From positions 83,824,001 to 83,888,000 of the forward strand of contig OX597826.1 in the NCBI GenBank assembly GCA_951406725.2: a stretch of DNA of 64,000 bases. The letters run 5' to 3'. Source of the stretch: Octopus vulgaris (taxonomy: Eukaryota). A program made the position numbers and the translations under genes. Under the pieces are notes generated by a model. The model saw only the letters and a list, made by a program, of their open reading frames with translations. It did not search any database and was not told where the DNA came from. Below, in pieces: positions 27,043 through 40,917 of the stretch (positions are counted from its first letter, which is position 1; every line of letters begins with the position of its first letter).

Positions 27043-27499
27043 TTATATATATATATATATATAAGCACATACAAGCGCATGCATACATTGCATTCTTATA
27101 TGTACACATGTCTGTTCGCGTGTGTATATATATACACACACTCTCAATGGTATCCCAGAAATGACGGCTCGAAATAATATTTTCAAAACAAATACTTAAC
27201 AACAGTTTTATTGATTTAGATTTTTGTGTGAATGCGATAAAAGCATTTAAATTCCAAAGCAAATACAGACGTCTGCGTGTGTTTGTTTGTTTCTTGCAGA
27301 TAAGGTGTGTATAGAATGTATATATACTTACAAGAAGGTGTAAACATATCCAAAAACTGCAGACGACAATCCGGTGTGTTGAAGGAGAGAGAAAGAGTTT
27401 AGAATGGAAGAGGCAGACGACAAACGATAAGTGGGAGACGAGTGTGAGTGGGAGGGAGAGAGACTTACAGACAGAGTGAGAGGGAGATATAAGAGTGAA

Positions 27500-27870
27500 A
27501 GTGAAGGACTCAGAGTAAAAGTGAGAAGTAGAAAGTAATAAGAGGAAGGGAGATTGAGTGAGAGGATGACAGAGTAAGAGTGAGAGACACTGATTGAGAG
27601 AGTGAGAGAGAGAGAGAAGGAAAGACAGTGACAAAGAGAGGGGGAAACGCAGGATAAAAGTAAGAGAATGAGAGTGAAGGAAACAGAGTAAAAGTGAGAG
27701 ATAGAAAGTAATAAGAGTAAGGGAGATAGAGTATGTGAGAGGATGACAGAGTAAGAGTGAGAGACACTGATTAAGAGAGAAAGAGAGAAGGAAAAACAGT
27801 GACAAAGAGAGGGGGAAACGCAAGATAAAGTAAGAGAATGAGAGTGAAGGAAACTGATTAAAAGTGAAGG
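27500..27870. repeat. Purine-rich tandem repeat, unit about 173 bp, just over 2 copies
   Basis: cagagtaaaagtgag recurs at 27511 and 27684 with colinear downstream sequence. Confidence 0.85.
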
Positions 27871-27972
27871 AAGGAGAAGAAGTGAGTGAGAAGTAGAAAG
27901 AGAGAAAGGGAGAAATAGATGTGGAGGAGAGGCTTAAAAACTATTTCTCACGGTTTGGTGGGACACTTCGAT

Positions 27973-28185
27973 CGTTGTTGTTGCTTAGCTGCTCTAAGTC
28001 AGCTCTGATCGAGTTGACAAACTTATGATCAAAGACATTTCAGCCATGACCATCTTGTCATAAAGTACATCCAACACCATATCACTCATTCTTTGTGCTG
28101 TTCTTCTTTATTAAGACAAGGAGAGTGAAACTTGAAAGAGATTTGGCAGCTATTTCTAGCATGCCGAGCGACTAAGTAGAGGCTT
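27973..28185 (-). mobile_element. Dispersed retroposon family with (CAA)n tail
   Basis: Motifs gctatttctagc and ccatgaccatc recur near 1950, 7515, 9045, 15290, 28480, 32940, 33610, 33880. Confidence 0.65.
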
Positions 28186-29667
28186 TTCTTATTTCTTGAT
28201 CACCGATGTTTTTTATTCAGCGTTTTTTTCTTGTATAATGAAGTTAGCAGCAGCAGCAGCAGCCGAGGCGGAGGCGGTGAAGTGAGGGGGAGGATATTGG
28301 TGTCAGTGGTAGTAAGAGGAGAAATGAGGAAGGGATAATGGGGGGAGGAGCGGCGATGGTAACACGACAACGATAATAGAAGTGTGAGATGGCGGTGGCG
28401 GTGGTGGTAGCAGAGTAATAATAGTAATACTAATGGTAAATGGCAGAAAGTATTGGAGTAGTAGTAGTAGTAGTAGTAACTGTTGTTTAACTTCAGATCA
28501 ACTCTGAGCAACTCTTATGATTAACGTCGCTCCAAAAGTGTCCATCCCGTCATTTTTTAAATCTAAGACTACAACTGGAAGATGTCTCCTGTTTTGAGGG
28601 AATTTTGTTGCTATTTCTAATAGATGGGGCGACTCCATAGAGGCTCCCTCCTTAATTCGACCAGCAATTGTGGGCGTTGATAGCGATGAGTGGGGCGGTG
28701 ATGGTGGTGTTTTGGTAGATCGAATAATATCAGCAGCAGCAGCAGCGGTACCAGTGAGAAAGTGGTAGTGGTAGAGGCGAGGAAGGACTGTCAGTTGAAT
28801 AGGAGGATGTGGAGTAAGGGTCGAAAGGAAGGTTATATATAAATATATCGTATATGCACATGCATATGCTGCTAGCTCCAGAGTAAATACAATGAAAGAA
28901 AGAGGGGGAGGAGAAGTAAATAAAAAAAAAGAGGGGAATAAAATAGTAGCAGAGTGAGGGGAAGGGGGCCATGAAGAAAGATGAAGTAAAAGAGAAGGAG
29001 AAGAATATGAAGGGGTAAAAAAAAGGGAAAGGAATAAAGAGAAGACAAAGGGCAAGTTTATATTGATTTCTGACCAACTGCAAATATCTATTATAGATAT
29101 CTAGTTTATTAATAGCCAGTGGGGCCGGGGAGAGGATAAGGGAAAGAAAGAGTGTATGCATGCATAGGAATGTTCAATGGAAGGCATCTATGAATGAAAT
29201 GTAGAAGCAGAGTTCAACCAAAAACATTTGCCTGAGACTCTGTGTGTGTGAATGTCCATGTTTTCAGAGAAGAGAAAGAAGTGCCGAACCCACAGACAGA
29301 GAAGGAGACAAAATTAGCCTAAACAATTTCTCTCAATAAAGCAATAGTTGATTTTTTACCTTACAAAGACGACTGTTGCTCTATCAGTCGACCATTCTTA
29401 TGCCAGAAACAAAATAGGGTTGATTTCTTTAGGAATGCTTGAATAATGGGGAATGCTGGAATTCCCCAATGATGTGCTTCGCAGGAAGAACATGCAGCTA
29501 AACAGGGGCTAACGTGCTTAATGTAGGGAGCCCAAAACAAAAAGAAAAATTTCAATTAAATTTATACTCATAATGAAGAAAGATAATATAATTTGCTTCA
29601 ATGATAATTCTTGTCAAGAAAGCCAAGGGAGACAAACTTTTAAACCCCAAATAAACTTCAGATGTAT

Positions 29668-30021
29668 GCTGGCATGGCTATGTGGTAAGAAGCTTGCTTC
29701 TCTACTACATGGTTCAGGGTTCAGTCCCACTGTGTGGCACCTTGTGCAAGTGTCTTTTACTATAGCCTCGGGCCAACCAAAGCCTTGTGAGTGGATTTGG
29801 TAGATGGGGTCTGAACGAAGCCCATCGTGTCTGTGTGTGTTTGTCTAACCCCCCCCCCCTCACTGCTTGACAACTGGTGCTGGTGTGCTTAATTCCTCAT
29901 AACCTGACAGAATAAGTCCAACGCTTTAAAATAATAAGTCAAATGGTCAATTTGTTCAACTAAAACCTTTCAAGGTGGTGCTCCAGCATGGCTGAAATCA
30001 AATGACTGAAACAAATAAACG
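29668..30021 (+). mobile_element. SINE family A
   Basis: tggctatgtggtaagaagcttgc...ggtgctccagcatgg..gactgaaac. Confidence 0.85.
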
Positions 30022-32744
30022 AATACAATGGAGAGTAAGTTCCATCTTTGATACATTTTGGACTCATTAAGCTGTTGCAGCAAAATATAGTCTAAACCAG
30101 AGTGACAAATATATGGTCTTTGGTAATGCTAAGTCTCACCTCTGGCTCCATTTTATAAAAGAAATATTTTGTAATTCCACAATATACTGTAAACTAAATA
30201 TCACATGTTCAGAGTTGGAGCCATGATTAACCTTCTTCTCATTCAAGGAATTTTCATAAGTTTGTTCTAAATACCCAAGCTTGTTTTCAAACCTTCAGTC
30301 AGCTTTGCTTTCATAAGTTCCAAGTCACTCAAATAGCTGAACAAATTTGGGAATGTATCTCATATGTGAAGGTCGTGTGTGTGATACACACAGGACAGAT
30401 AAAGATTTAACATTAATTCCAATTAGTCAAATCACAGCTTACAGAATATTTTCTTCTCTTAACAAATAAAAAAAAACTTATGAATCTATGTAAATAATAA
30501 AAAGTTTTACCTATCTTCTTTTCAGCTTAGCTAAAAAAAACAGTTGATTTCTTTTATATGCAATGTGCATGTTCATCTAATTGGATTCTCTCTCTCTCAC
30601 TCCCCTCTCTCTTTCTTTCCCCCCTCTGTCTATAGACATAGTATTGACGGTTATAATTTTTCAGACAAGTAACCCACTTTTTTGAGATGTATAATGTGTT
30701 AATATATAAGAGGCCTCTATTGAAAGCTAATGTGTAACTTCCACCAGCCACATTGATCAATTACCAGAATGTTGTGAGCATCTAATATTCTAGATGCCAG
30801 GCACCAAGTCTTGGTCTTCACTTGGCTAGATTTGTAGTTCTGTTAAATAAAGTGACAAGCTATAGAAAAACATGCACACATCTGTGAATGCTGCCATCAC
30901 AGTGCATATCTGTGACTCGTCAGCCTTGGCATACAGAGCTCTCAGGACAGAGGAGTTTGCAGCAGATGAACTGCCTTATAAGTAAAATTAATCCTTTCCA
31001 AGAAATGGGAAAGTAGAGACACTAGTCTGGTAAGAAAAAAACTAAGCAGCCAGGTAATAGTGTACAATGGAGACAATGTACATATTTGCCATTTCTGCCC
31101 AACCTTTCAGAGACAGCTCTCCCTCATTCTATTTGTGGATGAGACTAACCATCCTACCCATAACCTCATCCCAGTTCCTATCCACTCTGAGGTCCAGACC
31201 AAATGGGAACAGCATAACAATAATTCATTATGGCTATTAATTAAATCACCAGAGTCTTAGGAATAATTCAATATGAATGCTCTGTTAAGACACCGAATAA
31301 AGTCAATTATTACATAAGTGTGACAGTATCTAAATTCAGACTTAAGTTGCATAACCATGTACACTCCTTTAAGTCTAAGAAAGTCAAACAGCACCTCTCT
31401 GGTTAAATTCATCTGGAACCTCAAGCAGAAAAATATCAATTTCATGGTTGATTATAAGTCTATACAAAGGGGGTGAGGGTAGCTGTAATTTGTGCTCAAT
31501 AGAAGTGTTGGAAATTCATAAATATAGGTCTAATTAATAAACATAATGAATTTTTGATTCAATGCTCCAACTTATTTAATAAAACTTCCCACTTAAAAAT
31601 TCCACCTAACTTGATGCAAAGAGTATTAATAGTGATATTCTTACCCTTTTAATTCTCTCGCCTCTCATTTGAATTATTTCTTATGTAATCAGTCAATCAG
31701 ATATTTCTTAACTAATGTATCTAATTTAATTTTAATGCAACATTAATTACAATTTAATTACAAATAACCCAAAATTCTAGACTTGGTAACAAATTTTTTC
31801 TGTGCCTCTCTTCTACCCGACTGCCTATTTCTTTTTTTCTACTTTAGTTCCTTTCAAGTCTCATCTCTTTAATAACTTACTTTTTTATTTAATACAACTA
31901 CTACTACTTTTACAGGGTACCTCTGAGATAGTAGTAATCAACTACAATTTCTTTGAGTTTTCTGATCTTATCTTTTAAATTCCTTTCTCTCCACCAGCAT
32001 ACATGCAAACAATTAATTCAACAATCTCCTGACCTGTCAGAGCCAGTGTACGGTCTGATTTATAATAGAGAAACTCAATGAAACTGATATGTTCCTTATC
32101 TTCATCAGCTATCTACTGCAATATCACCTGGACCAATGGAAACTTACTGGTTAAGTTATTTCTTTGATATTCTCTACCTTATCACCTCTCACAATATTTA
32201 TTGGAACCAACTCAACATATACTCCAGTATTACTAATTGAATTGATTTGAAGAGATGGTTAGTGGTACTGTCATTGATTATTGTATGGATTTACATAATT
32301 ATTTATATGTATAAACCTGGCACAAGCAACCTTTTATGAGAAACAGGTGGTATGAGACATGGCTCATCACCAGGTGGGCAACACTATTAAAAAAATTTAG
32401 GGTAATTCTTTGTCAAGTGTGCTATTCAGAAAGTCAGGTGAGCTGCTGCTTGCTCACGATTGGTATAAACCAAAGTACGAATTGATAAAATGATTCCACT
32501 AATTATTGAAATGATCATAACCATTTCTTAAACATATGTAATACCATCATCTTTGTTTGTTTGCTTATAATTAAACTATGCAATCTATTTACCACTTAAT
32601 TTACTGTTTCAAAAGAATATCCAACAGATTAAATGAATAAAAAATACTTATTTCCCTCATTACGCATTTTGTTAGCCAGAATTTTGTGTGAGGTGTTTGA
32701 CTGAGGCAGTTGCATGGGTTTTCTAAATCCCTTCTTTCTCTCAC

Positions 32745-32806
<62 letters not shown>

Positions 32807-34067
32807 CACACGTGTGTGCACATACACACACACAAAATTGGCATTACAGCTGTTTCTCAGTTGATTACAAATTTCCCATATTACCTTGTTGTTCGCAAGG
32901 GGGACCAGCAGGTAGCAGAGACCAACACCTAAAATATCAGTTGTTGTTTATTCCTGGGTGAGAAGTGACAAAGCAGACTCATATCCAAAGCAATCCAGTC
33001 AGGCCCATCCTGTCTGTATATCTAGAATTGTTCTATTCAGTGTGGTGTACTTACCTGAAGTCATTAAGTTGTGATTTGAAGGAATTTAGCTGCTATTTCT
33101 AGCAGATGGAGCAACTGTATAGAGGCTCTCTCATTGATCTGTGTACCTAGAATAGTTAAAGGTCATACGGGTACACTGGTATGCAGTGAGTGGCTTGTTG
33201 TTTAGGAAGCAGTGACATAACACTTGTTTATCTGTATGTGCTACTATCTATAACTACACACACACACACACACTGCAAAACACACACACTCACATAACAT
33301 GTTCATATATACACAACACAATTTATATTTATATTCAATGCACGCATGCATTACACAATATATATCTATACAGTTCTATATATATACACACAAACACTTT
33401 CGCAGACAAACAGTGACACACCAAAACACATCCATGCAGTTACACACATACACACATTGATACACCACACACCTATGCATATAAAAATATGCTCACACAC
33501 ACACTAACACACCATAAACTCACCCACATTGTACAACACACACACACACACACACACACACAACACCCATACAGACATGCATTTGAAGCCGAAGGGGCTT
33601 CTATGTTGCTGCTCTCCCTCAGATTACACCCAACTGTCTTTAGAAGAGATATATTGGACAATGAGGTTCTGGATTCCCTGCACATAACAAAAAGACAGGA
33701 GGGTCAAAGCTGGAATGTCTTTGACCATAGGTCTTTACAAAATCAACAATAACATTTACACATAAAATTCACTCATTCACCCTGTACAAACACCAACGTT
33801 TACTCAAACACATACATAGAACCACATCTGCACTCATACACATCTTTAAAGCATGCAACAAACACACATGCACACAGAAACCTCAATGAAGTCACACGAG
33901 TTGCTAGAAATAGCAGTCAAATTGCCACTAAATTACATTCTACCCTCTCCTCTTAAAACATGACATATTTAATAGTTTTGGATACAGGATTAGCAACAGA
34001 AAGTTTGGAAGGTCATGTCTGGAATGCCCCTGATCAAAAGACTGCCAGATCGGACCAAATTAGGGCA

Positions 34068-34072
<5 letters not shown>

Positions 34073-34152
<80 letters not shown>
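34073..34152. repeat. (CT)n microsatellite
   Basis: About 40 perfect CT units. Confidence 0.97.
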
Positions 34153-34157
<5 letters not shown>

Positions 34158-35868
34158 CCACACAAATACAGAAAGATTGTTTTTCTGGCAAACTAATTTA
34201 TATGTTTAATATATCATGCTAGTGTGCATGTGCGTGTGTGTAGTGGCAACAAGCAGTAACTGGTTCCTTGAGAGTTTGGTTGCTGTTGTTGTTCTTCTTC
34301 TTCTTCTTTAGCCTCCAAGCAACCCTGATGGAGCAGGCTTAACGATTTTCATACTTAAGATCAAGCATATTTATGATTATTCTTAAGATGCTATTTATGA
34401 TTCCATTTGTGACTTAATTCCCCTTGACATATTTAAGACTACAATATTATTAATGTGTCATTTTCAAAAACAATAAATTGTGAGTATAGGTAGATTTGGT
34501 TGCTATTTCTGGAAGTTCAACTGACTGCATACCAGACCGTGAGGCTTGGAGCAGTTCTTCTATCTAGACAGCCTCTGTCAAACCGTCCAACCCATGCCAA
34601 CATGGAAAACAGACTTTAAATGATGATGATGATGATGATTATGATGAAGATGATAAAGTAAAGAGAAGAGATGCAAAACAAGGGAAACTGTTAAGGGTAG
34701 AGTTGTGAGAAGGAACTAAAATCCATGGTTGAAGGGCTTATAGTGACGGACAACCAACATCAGTGTCAGGAGTTCAAATGCTACTACGGTAGCATTTGTA
34801 TTTCATTTCACAGCATGGCATGACCACTTCTACTCCTACTCTGAGTAAACTAACTTGTACACTCTCTCTCTCTCTCTCCACAGTAACCCCCTCCCCTCTC
34901 CCCCGTAACACCCTTTCATTCACCCCCAACCCATCCATCTCTCTCTTGTTGAATGCCATCAAACACTATCGACAGATCTACCCCACCCACAAAGGTCTAT
35001 GTGACCCAAGGCTGCAATCCACATTTAGGTCACGTTTTACAATAAATTATGGGATCTTTTATCTTGTACTTGTTTTAGTTATTGGGCTGTGGCCATGCTG
35101 GTGCACCACCTGGAAAAGTTTGATCAAACAAATCAACACCTATTCTTGTTTGTTTTTTTTTTGGTTTTTTTTACCTTAGCACATGGCCACACCTGCACTT
35201 ATCACAGATTAAGGTGCAGTAAATGAATGATAAGAAGGAGCAGCAGCAGCAGCAGCAGCATGCACTGATGTAGGCAAGAGGAATGTTCAGAAGTGGTGGT
35301 CGTGGGTTGATGTGCTATGGCAGCAATTGAATACTGAGAAATGGTTTGTATGAACAGCATTCACACACCCACACACATATGGAACACACCCATCTTTACG
35401 CATTTCAGCTTATTTATGGACCAAGGAAGTGCCTTTGTTGTAATATCTATACACACCATCACACACACACAGAGTTATGTATGCATATTCAGAACACTGA
35501 AATATATTTGTTTAAACACACATTTTATCAGTGTTAAATATGTTTTAAAGCAAATCTACTAAATACCAAAGTATTATTAGTGTTTGCACTGTGGCTGATA
35601 GCAGTGTGTGTGTGTGTGTGTGTGTGACATACACATCTCTCTCCCTCTCTTTCTCTCTCACTCATATATATATATATACACACACATACATATATATAAA
35701 TATATATGTATACATATATGTATGTGTGTGTGGTGTATATGTATGTATGAACATACATGTATGTGTGTATATGTGTGCATATGCGGATTCTATGAATGAA
35801 GTATTACTTTCACCATGCCTATTGGAGTACTTTCCCTTTATTCAATAGTGTTTTTTTTACATAGCGTT

Positions 35869-35943
35869 TTGTCTTAATAAGTGATGAGATGCCAGAGCAG
35901 ACTTCAGCCCCAGCATCCGAAACTCTGATTTTTATTATGACAA
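35869..35943 (+). ncRNA. Decayed type-I hammerhead in PLE pseudo-LTR fragment
   Basis: Stem I ttgtcttaataa/ttattatgacaa; core GTGATGA (C3G); stem II gatgc/gcatc; GAAA; stem III actctgatt. Confidence 0.55.
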
Positions 35944-36041
35944 CCAACTAATTGTACCCTATAATATTTATAGATGAATTCCTCTATTTACATAATATCG
36001 AGGTCTCATTCATTCTTTTGTTGTCATATTATCATTATTAA

Positions 36042-36077
<36 letters not shown>

Positions 36078-36102
36078 CATCGTTTTTTAACATCCGCTTT
36101 CC

Positions 36103-36154
<52 letters not shown>

Positions 36155-36189
36155 GGAAAGCGGATGTTGAAAAACGATGAATTTTATGA

Positions 36190-38165
36190 ATTTTAACAAA
36201 CTTTAAATGCAAACCTAGCCTCTTCTATGGTCTGCCAAAAATTCATAAAAGCCAAATTATAAATGAAACCATTAAAAAATCACCAAAGACATACATACAC
36301 ACACCTAACCCGGGGGACCTAAAACTACGACCCATTGTAGCTGGCCCAACCTGTGAAACACACAGACTAAGTCTATTTATGGACATCCTCCTGAAACCCT
36401 TCCTTAAACATATCGATAGCCATATCAGAGATGACTTAGATATGTTAAACCACCTTCCAAAAAAAGTCAAGGAAGAAACAATCATGGTTTTATTTGATGT
36501 AGTTAACTTATATACCAGTATACCTCATAATTATGGACTAGAGGCAATACAGTTCTGGCTGGACCAATTTCTGGAAGAAATATCAAAAAGGATCAGTAAA
36601 GAATTCATTACTAAATCAATTGAATTCATCCTACATAATAACCACTTCATGTTTGACAATACATTTTACCGTCAAAGATACGGAATTGCTATGAGTACAA
36701 GGGCAGCACCAGTCATTGCGAACCTAACAATGGGCTACCTGGAAATAATCATTTACCAGGAATCTTTATCAATCTTTGGAAACCCCCTCTCTCAATACAT
36801 AAAAGAGAATTGGAAACGATTCCTGGACGATTGTTTTATACTCTGGAATGAAAACACAGATAAACTCCTAAAATTTAAAAACCTATTGAACAGCATAAAC
36901 CCAAATATACAGTTCACAATGGAATACAACAAAAAGGAGCTCCCATTCTTGGATATACTAATTAAAAAAATTAACCTTAAAATAGAAACAGACATTTTTT
37001 ACAAAGCCACAGACGCCAAACAATACCTTCTTTTTGATTCATGCCACCCAAGACACACTAAAACAAACATCCCCTTCAACCTTGCAAGAAGGAAGAAGGA
37101 TATGCACAATAGTGTCAGAACAAAATACCAGGAACTTTAGACTGCAAGAACTCAAAAACACCCTAATTGACAGACATTACCCAGCTCAACTCATAGAGGA
37201 TGGGATCAGACGTGCAACAGAAATCAACATAGAAACTTTAAGAAAAGTTCAACACAACAACACACCTTCCCCAAAAATACTATTTTACATATCCACATAC
37301 AATCCCAGAAACAAAGAAGCCTTCACCATCATCACCCAGAATTTACCAATACTTCATAAGGACCCCAAATTAAAGGAAATTCTAAACATACACCAAATCA
37401 TTAAAAGCTACAAACAACCTAAATCACTTAAAAAGATTCTCACAAAGGCAAAATTGTTTTCTGAAATTACGGATGCAAAAGTAAAAAAAATGTGGTAGAC
37501 CGAACTGTGCAACATGTCCTAACCTGCTAAAAGGATCAGAATTCCTCTTCAAAGAGGGACAGAAATTCAAGATCAAATCTAATTTTACTTGTGCCTCTGA
37601 AAACATAATTTATGTCATAAAATGCTCGGGCTGCCACCAAGACTACGTGGGATCCACGGGACTATCACTCAGACGTAGATGCACACTGCATCGAGAACAG
37701 ATTGCATTCCCAGAATACAGAATGATACCCTTTAGTGAGCACATTGAGAAATGCGCAAAGCAACTACTACCACAATTTTTAATCTTTCCATTCTACCAAT
37801 GTGCTATCGGAACACCAACACAAATTAGACTAAACAAGGAAACATTCTTCATTGAAAAATACAAGCCCAAACTTAACCATTCCAACATACTTATACAGAG
37901 AAACTCAATCCAAAAGAAAGCCAAATAATTTTAAGCGATTATCTCCCTTACACCGGAAGAAATCACTTATTACCTCCCCTTATCTAGATCTCCGCTCAAC
38001 GTAAACGTAACGATTTAAGAAATTTGAAAAGCTGAACGCAAAACCGGTCATTTCTTCTAAAGTATGTCATTGTATGAAAAAAATTGATAACATTCTTCAG
38101 ACATATTGACTCAAATATATATTTTTTAACCTTTTAAAACAAGCCTTCTGTAGTTTTTTCACTTT
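36190..38165 (+). mobile_element. 5'-truncated Penelope-like element (Neptune-like), RT + GIY-YIG
   Basis: FYGLPKIHK, LRPIVAG, FDVVNLYTSIP, RFLDDCF, LPFLD; Cys linker CGRPNCATC; IIYVIKC..YVG. Confidence 0.95.
36192..37928 (+). pseudogene. Frameshifted PLE reverse transcriptase / GIY-YIG endonuclease ORF
   Basis: ORFs 36379-37140, 37034-37498 and 37647-37928 are colinear; 7-bp duplication near 37090 and an A-run shift near 37485. Confidence 0.9.
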
Positions 38166-38174
38166 TTACTATTT

Positions 38175-38239
<65 letters not shown>

Positions 38240-38284
38240 ATGTATATATGTATATATATATATACATGTATGTATGTATATATG

Positions 38285-38320
<36 letters not shown>

Positions 38321-38324
<4 letters not shown>

Positions 38325-38648
38325 CACCTGTGTCGGTGACACATAAGAAAACACCATCCGAGCGTGGCCGTCTGCCAGCCTCGTCTGGCACCTGTGTCGG
38401 TGGCACATAAAAAACACCATCCGAGCGTGGCCGTCTGCCAGCCTCGTCTGGCACCTGTGTCGGTGGCACATAAAATCACCCACTACACTCTCGGAGTGGT
38501 TGGCGTTAGGAAGGGCATCCAGCTGTAGAAACACTGCCACATCTGACTGGCCTGGTGCAGCCTTCGGGCTTCCCAGACCCCAGTTGAACCGTCCAACCCA
38601 TGCTAGCATGGAAAGCGGACGTTAAACGATGATGATGATGATGATGAT
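38321..38648 (+). mobile_element. RTE 3'UTR fragment with about 61-bp tandem units and (GAT)n tail
   Basis: tggcacctgtgtcggtg occurs three times, followed by the shared tail. Confidence 0.85.
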
Positions 38649-38776
38649 ATATATATATAATTTCAGCAAAAACAATTAAGATCCAAGTGAATTCCAATGA
38701 ATTCAAATGAATATGGTACTTAACTTAGATGCACCAGAATTGTTTATGGTATTAACCATAAAAAATGTGTGGTGAT

Positions 38777-39438
38777 TATAACCAAGAAAAAAGCAACAAG
38801 AATGTCTAAGTAGTTTAGTACAATTGTTTCATACCAAGTGGGAGTGTCTCAGTTCATAGCTGGTGGTGGTCAAACTTTTATAAATCTAAGATTCCTTCAA
38901 CACTGACCTAGATTTTCTCTCACCACAGAAATAAACTAACCTTTGCCTGTGGTATATCTATGCCTTCTTACTCCCCTACTATCTTCCTCCCATAATGTCC
39001 TTTATTTGGAATGAATCTGCTTTGCTGACTTTCTTACTACTACAACCAAATTCTGTTTGCAACAGCTTAGTTGTGAAATGAACCGCTGTGTGATTAACAG
39101 CTTTCATCATGTCTCCGGAAATTATATCTGCAATTTTATGGATGGATTCACCTTCTCCGGGAAGTTAACAATCTTTTTAAAAACTTTTTATAAAACTGTG
39201 CATCATTAGAAAGCAATTTGAGTCTGCTTATAATTTGACTTTAAATTTCATAGAACTCACTCCTAATACTTCATGAGGATAGACACACTCTCTAGGATGT
39301 CTGGAAAACATATATGTGATTTAGCTGATGAATACTGGACATTTGTATTTGCTGCAATACTTGCAGCTTTAAATAAAATTGTTCTTGGTATGAAACAATT
39401 GTACTAAACTACTTATCCATTCTTGTTGCTTTTTTCTT

Positions 39439-39444
<6 letters not shown>
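38777..39444 (+). mobile_element. PLE 3'/pseudo-LTR remnant with inverted terminal copy
   Basis: About 60-bp inverted arms 38777-38838 and 39384-39444; ends in (TA)n. Confidence 0.7.
39320..39408 (+). ncRNA. Type-I hammerhead ribozyme with canonical core
   Basis: tttag-CTGATGA-atac...gtat-GAAA-CAATTG-TA-ctaaa; palindromic stem III ACAATTGT; GUA site. Confidence 0.75.
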
Positions 39445-39505
<61 letters not shown>

Positions 39506-40034
39506 TACATTCATGTAAACAAAGAAATTACAAAACAAGCATTAAAATAAATGTTGTCCCATAAATGATAATTATTCTTGTTGTACATTTTGTAATATCA
39601 GTGGAAGTATTCTACAGTTAATATCATAAAAACTTATTATTACTATTACAACTACATTAGCATTAAACTCCTCTAAAAGGTTTATTTCTGTTAGAATGCA
39701 AGTTCTATTATTAGTAACCAAGTTATAAGAAACAGCTGTTATTACCAATCTGTAGGCTAGATCTCGTGCTATTAGTGGAATCCATTCATGAGGAAAGCCC
39801 TTGTAGCTGGGGAGTGAGGGTGAGGGCAAGGAAAGGAACTTCCACCCCAGATGATACTTTTATGCAGGTGCCAGTTTTGAATGTGCTGGGGGAGGAACAT
39901 TAAGTGTTACCCCATACAACACTGACTCAGGTTAGGCCACTGGATTGCGCTGTTGTCTTCATTGGCCTTTGGTGGTTAGAGTGAGCCATGCTTTATGGTG
40001 AACGAGACTGGAAGAACTAGGGACACATTATCCC

Positions 40035-40268
40035 GGCCGTTTGCCAGCTCTGTCTGGCAACCGTGTCGGTGGCACGGGCCGTTTGCCAGCTCTGTCTGGC
40101 AACCGTGTCGGTGGCACGTAAAAGCACCATCCGTTCGTGTCCGTTGCCAGCATCGCCTGGCTCCGTGCCGGTGACACGTAAAAGCACCGTCCGTTCGTGG
40201 TCGTTCGCCAGCTCTGTCTGGGCCCGTGTCGGTGGCACGTAAAAGCACCATCCGTTCGTGTCCGTTGC
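40035..40268 (+). repeat. About 60-bp tandem units from the RTE 3'UTR family
   Basis: ggtggcacgtaaaagcaccatccgttcgtg repeated. Confidence 0.85.
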
Positions 40269-40862
40269 TTTCCATAACTACAATTTTTCATCTTTTACTT
40301 CATAACTCCAACATTTTTTATATTTAATTCTTAACCCCCACCCCTTATCTATTAACCCTCATCTATTAATCATCACCATTATCATTACTATTATTATTTA
40401 TTTCAACAAACACTTTTCCATGCTTGCATAGATCAGACGGAATTTGCTGGGGCAGATTTTCTACGGCTGGGTGCCCTTGCTGTAGCCAACCCTCACTTGC
40501 CTTCAAGCACAGTAATATTACTCCATGGCTGGGTGTATTTTCACCTTAAATTGGAAAAGATTGGCACCAATACTTAAATGATGGCCATGCTTATTTGCTG
40601 CTATCACATGATGTCACTACAGACACAAACACAAACATACAGACATGAATAACACACACATATACATACACATAGGCATAAATACATACACACATGCACA
40701 CACACACACATGCATATGTATGTACATATGTGTGTGTGCTTACATGTATTAATAGGTTTTACACACACCCACACATACATATATATATACCATATATATA
40801 TAAGTATGTATGAGTAGGTATGTATATATAAAAATATGCATATGTATACATGTTTACACACA

Positions 40863-40917
<55 letters not shown>

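Noticed and set aside
26915-27823. 302-aa minus-strand ORF
   Set aside because: Product of a pyrimidine-rich tandem repeat plus microsatellite.
29360-29555. Possible minus-strand exon
   Set aside because: Splice-like signals are present but no frame resembles a known protein.
40035-40268. CRISPR-like periodic array (also 38.3 and 57.0 kb)
   Set aside because: The would-be spacers are homologous to each other, there are no cas genes, and the context is a eukaryotic RTE 3'UTR.
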